Assembly: GCF_011745625.1 (NCBI RefSeq)
Contig: NW_027191459.1
Span: 620,001 to 684,000 of the forward strand
Length of the DNA stretch: 64,000 nt
Direction of reading: 5' to 3'
Source of the DNA: Cladosporium halotolerans
Lineage: Eukaryota
Positions 34,908 through 47,004 of the stretch are shown piece after piece. The notes below the pieces were generated by a model that saw nothing but the letters and a program-made list of their open reading frames with translations, did no database searches and was not told the DNA's origin. Made by a program: the position numbers and the translations under genes. How positions within the stretch are numbered: the first letter of the stretch is position 1; each line of letters begins with the position of its first letter.

Positions 34908-36668
34908 ATGGCGCCCAAACGGACAGCCACACCGCCACCCCTCCACGACCTGCCCACCGCCAAAGAGAAGAAGTACGATCGCCAACTGCGCTTGTGGGGA
35001 GCCAGTGGACAGCAGGCTTTGGAAGAAACGCACATCCTTCTCATCGACAATGGATCAGGCGTGACTGGTACTGAGGCGCTGAAGAATCTGGTCTTGCCCG
35101 GGATCGGCCAATTCTCCATCCTGGATCCGGCTGTTGTGACGGAGGCCGACTTGGGCGTCAACTTCTTCCTGGAAGACGAGAGTCTGGGCAAGTTTCGGGC
35201 AGAGGAGACGGTGCGACTGTTGGTGGAGCTGAATCCGGATGTAAAGGGCACTGCTGTCAAAGAGGTAAGTAGACTGATGACTCTGAAGAGACGCTCTGCT
35301 AAAATGTCTGGACAGCCTCTAGAAACATTCCTTGCCAAAGACGGCGTTTTCACACCATATACCCTTGTGCTAGTCGCTGCCCCAATCGAGCCGACCAATC
35401 TCGCACAAATTCAAAAACACACCGCCGCCCTCAATATCCCCCTTTTCTACCTTCACTCGGTAGGATACTACGCCCACTTCTCGATCCAATTACCTCCCGC
35501 CTTCCCGATCGTCGACACACATCCTGATGCGACTGCCCTCGACGACCTGAGAGTACTCAAGCCATGGCCAGAGCTGATCAAGTTCTCGCAAGAGAAAACA
35601 AATGGCATACAGTCAATGAGCGCACACGAGAAGGGTCACATACCTTACGTCTGCCTGCTGTTACATTACGTCGACAAGTGGATGGCGGAGAATGACGGAA
35701 AGCTACCAGAAGCATACAAGGACAAGACGGCTGTCAGAAACATGATTCGCGCAGAAGGAGGAGACGAGGAGAACTTCGAAGAGGCGTATGGCGCTGTCTT
35801 AAAATCGCTAAACCCACCAAAACCATCATCGTCAGTCCGCGAGATTCTGACCGCACCCGAAACTCAACAACTGTCTCCCAACGCGGCCTCCTTCTGGTTC
35901 ATCGCAAGAGCGGTACAAGAGTTTTACAACAAGCACGGCGTTCTGCCATTGCCCGGAGGCTTGCCAGACATGAAGGCGCATTCCAACGATTACATCAGTC
36001 TACAGAAGATCTACAAAGAGAAGGCTCGTCAGGACTTCGCGGAAGTAACATCTACCGTTCAACAGCTAGAGCAGACTGCCGGACACTCCAAACCCATCAT
36101 CGACCCCAAGGAAATCGAAAACTTCTGCAAGGGCGCCGCGCACATTCATCTCGTCCGCGGCAGGCCTTTGCAGATCGCCCAGCCGGGCGCAGACGTCAAG
36201 TTTAACGACCGCGCGAAGGCTTTGGCGAACGAGCTCACGAACCCAGAAGGCTTGATGGGGCTGTACATCGCCTTCCTCGCGTTCGACGACTTTGTCGCAA
36301 CTCACTCGCCACCCACCACACAAGCCGACGGCACGTCATCGCTCATCGCCCCCGGCGAGCCTGGCGCAGACCACGAAGCAGACGCGGCGAAACTCACCGG
36401 CATCGCGCACAAGATCGTCGACAACCTGATCACCGAAGCCGGGACAAGGATCGAGGACCCAGAATACTCCGAGCTGAAGGAAGAGATCGAGCGACTTTGC
36501 ACTGAGATCACAAGAGCGGGCGGCAAGGAGCTGCACAACATCGCTTCTCTGGCGGGCGGTATGATCGCGCAGGAGATCATCAAGGTCTTGACGGCGCAGT
36601 ATATTCCCGTGCACAATTGCTGCTTGTTCGATGGGATTGCGAGCAGGAGCAGTGTGCTTAGGATCTAG
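34908..36668 (+). CDS. ULA1: NEDD8-activating enzyme E1 regulatory subunit (APPBP1/NAE1)
   Basis: KYDRQLRLWGASGQQALE, EALKNLVLPGIG, DLGVNFFL, ELNPDV, IVDTHPD, HIPY, ENFEEA, LPDMKA, ELHNIASLAGGMIAQEIIK...QYIP. 51-nt intron at 35265-35315. Confidence 0.95.
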   Translation: MAPKRTATPPPLHDLPTAKEKKYDRQLRLWGASGQQALEETHILLIDNGSGVTGTEALKNLVLPGIGQFSILDPAVVTEADLGVNFFLEDESLGKFRAEETVRLLVELNPDVKGTAVKEVSRLMTLKRRSAKMSGQPLETFLAKDGVFTPYTLVLVAAPIEPTNLAQIQKHTAALNIPLFYLHSVGYYAHFSIQLPPAFPIVDTHPDATALDDLRVLKPWPELIKFSQEKTNGIQSMSAHEKGHIPYVCLLLHYVDKWMAENDGKLPEAYKDKTAVRNMIRAEGGDEENFEEAYGAVLKSLNPPKPSSSVREILTAPETQQLSPNAASFWFIARAVQEFYNKHGVLPLPGGLPDMKAHSNDYISLQKIYKEKARQDFAEVTSTVQQLEQTAGHSKPIIDPKEIENFCKGAAHIHLVRGRPLQIAQPGADVKFNDRAKALANELTNPEGLMGLYIAFLAFDDFVATHSPPTTQADGTSSLIAPGEPGADHEADAAKLTGIAHKIVDNLITEAGTRIEDPEYSELKEEIERLCTEITRAGGKELHNIASLAGGMIAQEIIKVLTAQYIPVHNCCLFDGIASRSSVLRI

Positions 36669-37202
36669 ATGATGTGGTTACGATTTCGATGGGGGAGTAT
36701 GAGGAGTCGCAGAAAAGCATGGAATGAAGGCGCTAGATTCGCGAGCATGCATACACCACCGCTCGTAGTACCTGAATCGTAGGGCTACCGTTAGATAGGC
36801 GTGACGATGCAGTTTGCGCAAGGTCGGGGGTTTCAATAAAAGAAACCAATCCTATCTCATATCTTCGCCGCAATGCTAATAGAGACGCCCATACAACGAG
36901 AGGAATTGAAAAACATCATCAGTCACCGCAGCTCTTGACGCCTCGGCTCGATGCTGATGATAAGGCGTCGTTGCCAACAATCGCGCAGGTGGAGACTTCA
37001 CTTTCGTGATCAACGTTACCCCACGATTACTGAACAACATTGACGCCATCGCAACGGAGCTCCGAAACGATCAGCCCCACCTCAATGGATTGTGTAAGCA
37101 ACGGTGTGTAAGCTCGTCACGCGTTCGCATATAACAAGAGCCTTGCCCCTTCCTGATTGCATCCTCCATACAAAAATCTCATCAAACCACGAAAAAACAA
37201 CA

Positions 37203-38055
37203 ATGCCCCCCTCCCCCATCGCCATAGTAGCCGGCGTCGGCCCCGGCACAGGCGCCGCCGTCGCCCGCCGCTTCGCAAAGGCCTACCCGATCGCGCTCCT
37301 CGCCCGCTCGCCCGCCAACTACGAGTCCCTCGTGTCCGAGATCAACGGCTCCGGCGGCAAGGCCATCGGCATCAGCACGGATGTCTCCAGCGAGGAGAGC
37401 GTGAAGGCCGCTTTCGACAGGATAAAAAAGGAGTACGCGGGCGCCGGGTGCGCGGCGGCGGTGTTCAATGCCAGCGGGCCGTTTAGTCGCAAGCCGTTGC
37501 TTGAGATGGGGGTTGAGGAGTTTGGGAAGAGTTGGGAGGTTAGTTGGTAAGTGTCTACCTCATACCTGTTGGGAGTGAACTCGCCGATTGATCGACACGC
37601 CTCTCGACATCCATGACATCCAAAGAAACATCTACTAACAACCCCCCAGCAAAGGCGCCCTAATCTTCTCCCAAGCCGCCCTCCCCCTCCTCCTCCAAAG
37701 CACCCACACAGCCTCCACGCCCTCCCCTCACCCGCCCACGCTCATCTTCACCGGCGCGACCGCCAGCATCAAAGCCAACGCGCAAATGTCCTCTTTCGCA
37801 GCCGGCAAATTCGCCCTGCGCGCGCTCAGCACCTCCATCGCGAAGGAGTTCGGGCCCCAGGGCGTGCACGTCGCGCACGCGGTGATCGACGGCGTCATCG
37901 ACATCCCTAGGACGAAGGAGTGGCTGAAGGACATGCCGGCGGAGGCGAAGATCGGCGCCGAGGATATCGCGGAGAGCTATTGGAATCTGCACACGCAGAG
38001 CGTGAGGTGTTTTACGAATGAGATCGATATCAGGCCGATGTTGGAGAAGTGGTAG
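37203..38055 (+). CDS. Short-chain dehydrogenase/reductase
   Basis: Exons 37203-37546 and 37650-38055. AGVGPGTG cofactor motif, VFNAS, IFTGATAS, FAAGKFALRAL, EFGPQGVHVAHAVIDG. Confidence 0.9.
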
Positions 38056-38173
38056 GATGTTCTGTATTGATGTATAATTGCAACGGGCCTGTGTGGGATG
38101 GACAAGCGGGGTATCTCGTGAGAAACAGAAACAAATAATGTACAAGCAGTGCTTTCGCTGTGAACGCTGGAAA

Positions 38174-39289
38174 TCAGAAAAGGAATGTTGGGACTTCGAC
38201 GGTGGTCTTATCCTTCGCCTTACGCTTCTTCTCTTCTTCTTCTCTCTTCTGCTTGCGCTTGTTCAGGTAGCTTGGGCTTTCGTCTTTGACGCTTGGCTGG
38301 AGAGGTTCGAAGTCGTCGGTTGAAGTCGAGAACGGGGTTTCGCTTGTCGACTTCCTGGTATGACTTGCAGTTGAGCTCCGCTTGCGGTTCTCGTGGTGAC
38401 TGGTGCTTGCAGTGGACAGCTTATCGCTTGTAGCGCGAGGCCTTTCCCCAGGTTGATCCTTGGAGACAGCTGAAAGCTTGTCCATAAAAGACGTAGAACG
38501 ACAAGTATCACCTTTGGAATTGTCCGCCCTGGCAGCACCAGACCCGCTCCGCATCCTCGACTTGAGCGCCGGACCATCAAGGTCGTCGCTCTCGGCTTCC
38601 GAAAGACCATTCCCCTCCACATCCTCCTCACCATCAACAATCCTCCCCGTCGTCCTCCTAATCTTCTCCGGACTCCTCAAAAACCCCTTCGCGGCCCTCG
38701 TCCCCGACTTAACCCTCCCCAGCCCCTCCAAAACCCTCCCCATCCTCCCCGAATCATTCATCAGCGCCCCAAGCACCGGATCAGCCACCTCGTCCTCCCC
38801 ATCCTCCTCCCCAAACACCTCCCTCATTACTTTCTCCCGCCCCTCCCTCTCAACAGCCATCCCATCCCTCGCCGTAACCCCATCCGTCGCCCTCCCCATG
38901 CCCTTCAGCACTTTCGCGCCCCTCGCCTCCGCCCGTCGCTTCTGCTCCGCGTACGCCGCGCGGTGCACCGCCTGCGTGTACAGCGCGGCCGTCGCCGCGA
39001 ACTCGTCTTCGACCATCATCCAGGCGTCGTCGGCGGCGTAGCCGGGCTGCATGTATGCTACGCTTGGTGGTGCCGGAGGCGGGGAGGAGGAGGGAGAGCG
39101 GGAGGGTTTGGGGTTGGTTCGCGGTGGTGGAGTGTTGAGGGGGTTGAGGTCTGAGTCGACGAGGTTGTCGTCGTTGGCGGAGGTTGGTGGTGGGGTTTTG
39201 GTGCGTTTTTGGCGCTTGGGTGCTGGGGAGGAGGAGGATGCGGGTGGTTTGGAGGGCGCGGTGAGCCAGGGGATTGTGCGCGGGGGCAT
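38174..39289 (-). CDS. Hypothetical protein (low-complexity, conserved-looking DDAWMMVEDEF segment)
   Basis: 371-aa intronless ORF with ATG in good context; starts MPPRTIPW and ends VPTFLF. No family recognised. Confidence 0.75.
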   Translation of the reverse strand: MPPRTIPWLTAPSKPPASSSSPAPKRQKRTKTPPPTSANDDNLVDSDLNPLNTPPPRTNPKPSRSPSSSPPPAPPSVAYMQPGYAADDAWMMVEDEFAATAALYTQAVHRAAYAEQKRRAEARGAKVLKGMGRATDGVTARDGMAVEREGREKVMREVFGEEDGEDEVADPVLGALMNDSGRMGRVLEGLGRVKSGTRAAKGFLRSPEKIRRTTGRIVDGEEDVEGNGLSEAESDDLDGPALKSRMRSGSGAARADNSKGDTCRSTSFMDKLSAVSKDQPGERPRATSDKLSTASTSHHENRKRSSTASHTRKSTSETPFSTSTDDFEPLQPSVKDESPSYLNKRKQKREEEEKKRKAKDKTTVEVPTFLF

Positions 39290-39663
39290 TTTGGGTGGTT
39301 GCGATCAAGGCGTGATATGTTGTCGCAGGAGATTGTTAGTTCAAGTGTTGTGGAGGTTGTGCGGGCGCGTGCGTCTTGTAGGCGCGGGTCCGCTTCTGCT
39401 GCTGATTTCGCGTCGGAAGCGAATTCGCGGCATCTCGCGTACCTTATTGCTCGAGACCGGCGAGCCAGTAGGAGTGTGACGTCTTGTATGAATGATGTGA
39501 AGTGAAAGGAAGATGCATGAACGTGGATGGTCAAGAACCCCACGTTGACTTGCCCGCTTGGAAGCTTTTGCAGGCACGTCAGAGGGCAGAGGGACAGAGC
39601 TTCTTCACAACCGCAGGGATCGGACGCAGGTAGCAACACCAAAGAGAAAGTAATCCTACAATC

Positions 39664-40386
39664 ATGCTCGCTCTCGCACTCAAAGCAGAACTCGAGGGGT
39701 GAATACCATTGACGCCTCCATATTAGTACGAAATGATCAAGGCTGACCAATCTCCAGAGTCACCGATCTCCAACCTCAAGACACCGACGATGCGCCCTTC
39801 CACTACACATTCAAAGTGCAGTGCACCTCATGTCGCGAGGTTCACCCGAACTGGGTGACAGTAAACCGTCATGTACGGATCAGAGACAGCGCGCAGCAAA
39901 ATCAAGGTTCACTAACACGCCACGGTAGGAAATGAACGAGCAACAAGGCAGCCGGGGAGAGGCGAACTTTGTCTGGAAGTGCCAGAACTGCAAGGTATTT
40001 GAGGATTCGATGCAAAACCCGTTGGGTTTGTTGGTATCTGACAAATTGCTACAGAGACAACACACAGCCAACGTCCTCGAGGCTCCCAAGGCGTACCCTC
40101 AGCAGGAGCCCGCAAAATTCCAGAACATCCTCACAATCGACTGCCGTGGATTGGAGTTTGTTGAGTTCAAGGCTGAGGTAGGCTATGATGTCCATATTTA
40201 CATCTCGTGATTTAAGTCCCTGGCTGACCATCCTACTTGTAGGGTGACTTCAAGGCTTCCGGCGTCGAGTCGAACTCTCAGTTCACCGGCATCGATCTTA
40301 CGGAAGGCGAGTGGTTTGATTACGACGAGAAGGCCGGCGAGGAAGTGAGCATTAAAGACATCCAGTGGGAAATCCGCCGTGCTTGA
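39664..40386 (+). CDS. DUF866 / CXXC-motif zinc-binding protein (CZIB-like)
   Basis: Five exons give MLALALKAELEGVTDL...FKVQCTSCRE...GSRGEANFVWKCQNCK...DCRGLEFVEF...EWFDYDEKAGEEVSI. Confidence 0.92.
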
Positions 40387-40662
40387 AGCTGCTGATCATG
40401 GATCGAGCGGTCGATGTTGATTGTGATTGGACGCGTTAGGGTTTGCAGAGGACATGTAGCAGAATTACGACCGTATGCTTGCAGATTCAAATGCCCGACG
40501 CCGGAAAAAGCAGCTTCACCTGATGTTGCTGTTCATTGGCGTATTAGAACGGATTGCTTTGAAACATTGCAGATGCGATGCGATCCGCACAGGACAAAAG
40601 CGCGCAGATGCGCGCATATCGTAGTACAATGCGCCAATAGTGGAAAATGCGCTCTAGTATGT

Positions 40663-41958
40663 CTATTTGAGCTTCCAGTCCTTGTAGCTCCATTTTTCTT
40701 TCCTCTCCGTCTTGGGCTTCTTCTGCTGGCCCAACCGGTTGCGGACCTCCACCTTTCCGTTCAGAAGCATATTTCTGTATCGGTCCGTCAGGAGGTTTCC
40801 TTGGGGCTTCAACCTGCGCAGCGAGTCCTCAAGCTCCTCGGGCAGCTGCACTTCCAATGGTGCTGCAGGCATCTGCGTCTTGCCAAATCTTCTGGGCGCA
40901 AGCTTTTCCACTCCATCGTCCGACTCATCATCTGAAGAGTGATGCTGCACCTTCAGAGCCAGGTTCTTCTTGCCCTTGTCCTTTGCCGACATCTCCGCCG
41001 CGATCTCCTTGATTCGTGCCTCCTGCGCATCACGTTCTTTCTGCTTCCGCTCCCACGTTTCTCTTTGCTCGCGTTCCTTGCGCGCCTTGATCTTGTTTCG
41101 CTCTGCAGGGGTCTTTCTTCGCTTCTGCTTTGTGCTGTAGTTCTGGTCCTCCGCTTCGCTCTGAATGCCTTCCCACTCGCTCTCGTAGTCTGTCGCAACC
41201 TCTTCCCGTTCAGCGGCCTCAACCTTCTTTCTCTCGAGCTCAAGACGCTCTTCCTTTGCCCTCTCCGCTGCTTCAGCAAGAATGCGAGCCTCCTCCTTGG
41301 CGACAGCCTCGGCACCTTCACGCTCCAGTAGCGCAGTCCATTCGCCAACAAGAGGGTTGTAAGATTTTCCGCCTTCAGGCTTGCGAACGGCAGGGATAGG
41401 CTTGCCGTTGGCAGCGAGAGAGACAGGCGCTTGACGGAGCGATTTGGGCTCAACCTTCGGCTTCTTCTCCTCGAGGAAATCCAGGTTCGCGTGCTTCCAG
41501 GGCGAGGGGGCAGCCCAAGGGTCGTGTGCGGCAGACTCTTCGACTTCGACACCACCAGTCGTGTCGGCAGCCTTCTTCAATTTCTTCAGCTCGTAGTTCG
41601 AAATGTATTTCCCATCCTTGGGCTTTTTGCCAGTGCTTTCTCCAATCACAGGTCCAGCGGCTTTTCTCTTGCGCGGCTCCAGTCCAGGCACAGCCGAGCG
41701 TTGAGCAACGATTTCGTCGGCCTTCAAGAGCTTCTGGCCCTTCTGCTTGCGGCCGACGTTCTCATCACCAGCAATGTCCACCGAGAAAAGATCGTCCGCA
41801 GCCCTCTCGGCGATAATGCCACCGTTGATCACTTCGTCCCGGGTGTCCTCAAGGCCCTTCTGAACCTCCGTGACGTCGACATTCTTGCGCCACGCCTTCT
41901 TGCCTTTCCTAGAGGGCTGCTTGTGGGTCGCCGGAGCGGTCTTGGTCGGCTCCGCCAT
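40663..41958 (-). CDS. NOP53: Ribosome biogenesis protein Nop53 (GLTSCR2)
   Basis: QPSRKGKKAWRKNVD, AIM motif LFSVD, GKSYNP, LPEELEDSLRRLKPQGNLLTDRY, EKWSYKDW. Confidence 0.95.
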   Translation of the reverse strand: MAEPTKTAPATHKQPSRKGKKAWRKNVDVTEVQKGLEDTRDEVINGGIIAERAADDLFSVDIAGDENVGRKQKGQKLLKADEIVAQRSAVPGLEPRKRKAAGPVIGESTGKKPKDGKYISNYELKKLKKAADTTGGVEVEESAAHDPWAAPSPWKHANLDFLEEKKPKVEPKSLRQAPVSLAANGKPIPAVRKPEGGKSYNPLVGEWTALLEREGAEAVAKEEARILAEAAERAKEERLELERKKVEAAEREEVATDYESEWEGIQSEAEDQNYSTKQKRRKTPAERNKIKARKEREQRETWERKQKERDAQEARIKEIAAEMSAKDKGKKNLALKVQHHSSDDESDDGVEKLAPRRFGKTQMPAAPLEVQLPEELEDSLRRLKPQGNLLTDRYRNMLLNGKVEVRNRLGQQKKPKTERKEKWSYKDWKLK

Positions 41959-42330
41959 TTTTGTCGTTGTTGGTGCTGCAACAGAAAAAAATATCACAAT
42001 TCAACCCTCGGCAACCGAAAGGCCCTGTCCCAGAAAGTGGAAATTGTAAAATCTGGGCCAGCCGATAGCGTTGCGGATCTACCCGCCGGGCGCCCGCGGG
42101 CCCTTCACAGCCTCCCCCAGACTCCCCGAAGTGGACGTGAACAGTTGTGGCTCGGCCTCAGGTCTCTCCTTAACAATGAGCTGACCGTTTCCCCCGCCTC
42201 TACCCTCATAAACAGACTATACCGCCCATTCACCGCGCCGCATTCGACTACACCTCTTTCCACATAGCGTTCCGTACATCTAGACCAGCAGATCGCATTA
42301 CGCATCCTCCGAGGCATTGATCGGGACGTC

Positions 42331-43143
<813 letters not shown>

Positions 43144-43665
43144 TGATGGAGCGGAGGCAGATAAACGCGCCAGCCACGTGGTATCCGTTTCTTGGTGGAG
43201 GAAAGGCGGTATCTGTACAGAGGCGGATAGGCGGGGTCTGCTTGAGGGGCGGGTGTCATCAGAGGGGAGGGAAAGAGGCGAGGGTGCAAGCGCAAGCATT
43301 GCATTGTATGCATGTTTCAGTACGGGTGCGAGCGCGGCGTTTGATGATTGGAAATTCATTCTTGCCTCGAAGGAAGCAAGGTGGGATGGCGAAGGCCGAG
43401 TGCAGGCTGCAATGCCAGATCCAGCTAGCTGCACGTGTGCATATGTTCTATGACTAGAATTTTTATTTTCGAAGCGAATTGAGAGATGTGAATGATTATG
43501 GAATGCTTTCATCTAGAACCTAAGACAAGTCGTACTCATATTAATCTTACTGCACAGTATGTCTAAATGGAACCATAGAGCGCAGGTGCCCCTTCCAGCA
43601 CTAATTACCCAACTCCTAGTCGCCCAGCATGCTATTCCACATACTCTATCCAAGATCTTACAAGC

Positions 43666-44704
43666 TCACTCAGGAACCTTGTTGTTCTTCGCAGAAGGCG
43701 GCGGAGGCGGGCCAGTGCCGCTCCTCGCTCTCCTCTCCCTCTCGCCGACACCAGGCTCGGGAACCTTGATTCTCAGGTCCTTCCTGCCGTTGAAGCGGCC
43801 GCTAGTGGAACGCACCCAGTCGTTCTCGCCCTCGTTCTCCTCACGACCCAGCCAGTAGCCCTTGCTAGGGAACTTCATCATCGCGCGGCCCAGCTTGCCC
43901 TTCCAGCCCTCTCCCTCTTCTCTTCCCTCACGGAACGGGTTTTCTGCCATGGTGGGGTCGTCGCTGTGCGTGTATCCAGTTGAGGTCGTGAGCACGTAGG
44001 AGCGAACGACGCCGCGCGCGTAGGAGAGAACGACCAGGCAGAAGTAGATGCGGAGGATCCAGAGGGAGCCAATGACAGTCAGAGAAGCCATGGAGCCGGA
44101 CTCGAAGACCGCGCTGGTGAGAGTGACGCCGCCTTCAGTGGGGTATGCGGTGGCGACCTGGCCGGGCATCGCACCCTCGGCAGGAGTGGCGATGACTTCG
44201 ACCTTGGAAACATTGTGCTCGGGGCTCGTGAAGCCGGCTGTGTCCTCAATAGTGCCGGCACCGGGCACGTTGTCGTCCACTTTTCCCTCGTTCAAGTGTT
44301 GCGCCAAGACGATGAACCAGCTTGCGCCGAAGAAGCTGGTGTAGATTGCGTTGATGAGGGAGTCCAAGATCAGGAGGAATGCGAGACCGACCACCTTAAG
44401 CGGCTGCTCGGGCTGGCGGATGGCGGCGAAGAGCCATGAGATCAGGCCGAGAACAATGAGAGAGTAGACGTAGTGGCTGAGCTGGAGCGCGTTGAGCTCG
44501 TAACCGGTGAAAATCGCGAGGATGCCGTAAAGGCCGGTGACTTTGTTGAAGAGGAGGGTGAGGAAAATGAGTTCGGTGGCGGAGCGAAGGGTGATGAAGC
44601 CTAGGACGGACTGCGTGGATGTCAGTTTGCGCATGGGTGAGAGGGCATGCGACAGTCTGACTGACCTTGGGTTTAGGGACGCGGAAGAGCGAGGGGAGCG
44701 CCAT
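43666..44704 (-). CDS. KEI1: Inositol phosphorylceramide synthase regulatory subunit Kei1 (DUF1753)
   Basis: Exons 44704-44666 and 44610-43666. PKSVLGFITLRSATELI...NKVTGLYGILAIFTG...QLSHYVYS, RIYFCLVVLSYAR, GWKGKLGRAM. Confidence 0.88.
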
Positions 44705-45153
44705 GATGGGCGGACGCGCAGTCGCTGGTGTGGGACGGGGTGAAGCAAAACGCGCCGTATCGGTTCAGCAAGGTCCGGCTGAGATATGTCGAAAACGTGG
44801 AGTCGTAGTCGGTGATGGCAGAGTGTGAAGTGAAGCCTGGAGGGCAGGGAGCGAGAATGCCTTGCCAGCCCTGCCTCGCCCGGCAACGGGCGGCAGCTGC
44901 GCGCTGCGCCCAGTGGCCATCTGCAGCCTTTCGTAATTTCACTTCAACAGGCGCTAACCGGCAGCGGCTGGTCCCGTGATCCGAAACGTTAGACTTGACA
45001 GCTCGGCCAACGTGCAAGCCATCCGAACATGCGAGTTTCATGCGTTAAACATTCTTATGCTATGCCCCATGTATGATGCATGGCTCTCCAAGAATCACTC
45101 CTTGCCTCTGAGATGGAGCTGACATATGAGATATGTAACAAGCCTCGACCTGA

Positions 45154-46409
45154 TCAAAAGTTGTATCCAGGCTGCGAGGGCCGCTCCTGAAGATCGCTCT
45201 CGACGGTCACACTCCAAGATTCTTTTCTTACGATGCCTCCGCCTAATTCGGTACTGCCATCGCCTGCGCCCCGCTTGACAAGCTCCACGTCGCTCTCTCT
45301 ACGCATCTCATGCGTCGATTCTGCCTTGCCTCGAGCCGTGCTACTCGTGCCATAAGGGCCCTGCTTCCGCGAGACTGATATAGCGAGGGTCCTTGAGGGC
45401 CGTATATTACCTGAATATGGCCCTGTAGACTGGTCCACTTGAGTCTTTCCAAGCATTCGGGCCAGGAGAAAGCTAATGGGTTTCTTCAATATTGGCAGGC
45501 AGGCATTGACTATGCCCGCATTTGCCTCGACCAACGTCCAAATGCCTCGAGGTATGAAGTTGTAAGTGACGTCTGCTTGCTTGGACAAAGAACTTCTCAC
45601 TGCGACTGTACGCATAATGCCCGCAACAACTACGCTAAAGCGATGTCAACGGACTGCCAACCTCTAAGTGCCTGGGATCAGGTCTGGGTTCATGACTTAC
45701 AATCCACCAAGAGCGAAGACGCTGCAAAGCATCACTTTCTCACGCGGCCTCAGCTTTAGCTTGAGTACCTGTGGGATGGGCAACACCAAGACCAATACAT
45801 CGCTGAGGATATTTCCGACCGCGTATGCTGTCCAGAACGCATCGGAATCAATGCAAGTGGCCTGGATTGTTTTGTCCCAAGAAGCCTGAATTGGAACACA
45901 CTGCCATATTGTTGCCCCGACTGCGCCGGCACCCCACCCACCAATTATGCCGATACAAAGCCAGCAAATTGCCTGAAACCCTTTGCCGACGAACAGTCGC
46001 TGGTAGAAGAGCACGGCTGATATCTTGTTCAAGCAAACGACGACTTTGTAAGGGGTCTGAGCGACGAAGAACCATCGTAGAGCCTCGATAAGCTCAGTCC
46101 CCTCGAGGTCTGCTTTATGCATTCCATAGCCATTTTCGACGGCGAGCTGAATTGCCACAGAAAGCACGATTGAAAATATCTGCAAAGAGCTGCGGTGTTA
46201 GATATCAATTCTAGCGATGCATCGAGAGTTCTCACCAAAGAGCAAATGATGACATAGTCATCGCGTCCAAATTGGCCAGTGTGCAGGCGTGTTGCGCATC
46301 TTGCAACAGTTGTGAGTCCAGCAAATATGACCATACAAAGAGACGTGATGTACAGCTTCCATCCCTGGTTAGAGAGTCCGTCGTCCGGAAATCCCAACCC
46401 TCGAGACAT
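45154..46409 (-). CDS. PTH11-like (fungal rhodopsin-domain) integral membrane protein without CFEM
   Basis: Three exons. GRDDYVI, GYGMH, KISAVLFYQRLF, QCVPIQASWD...C, NILSDVLVLVLPIP, FALGG, WTLVEANAGIVNACLP. Confidence 0.88.
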
Positions 46410-47004
46410 TTCGAACACACAACGATAATTTCTCGCGCAATAGGAAGGGCATTTTCGCTGGTTTCATACAAGAGCCTTTGAGGATTCCAACCCTGCTGAG
46501 GTGATTGATTAGTGGTCACGCATACGACATAGTCGATGTGGACGCGCGGCGATCGCGGTTCGGAAGGTATGATCGAAATGCTCAAGTGAATAACCATATT
46601 GGGCAATTTGTTAGGTCGTACTGGGACGCCTAACGCTAGACTTCATCACGAATCCATTTAGTGAAGCGAGTCAATCACAAGACGCGGGGAGTTTAGCCGC
46701 TAGTTTGTGATCCTTTGATCGGCGCACTGAACCCGGTCAAGCTATGCAGGGTATTGCTAGGGCAAGAATTACGGCGATAACAGTGCCCTGATCGCCCATG
46801 CTGCAAGTGGATTCAGCTTTGCCGTGAGGCCGATTTCTCCAAGCGAGATTGTTGAGGGGCACCTCAGCCGAACGTGCATGCCGGAGACGATACCAAGCCT
46901 GGCATTCGTGGATTGAGAAAAGAGCAGGTCAAGCATGTCTTCACCCTGCTGTAGCATGGTCTGCAGACTCAATTCGTTCCTGCACCTTCGGTTATCGTGA
47001 AAAC

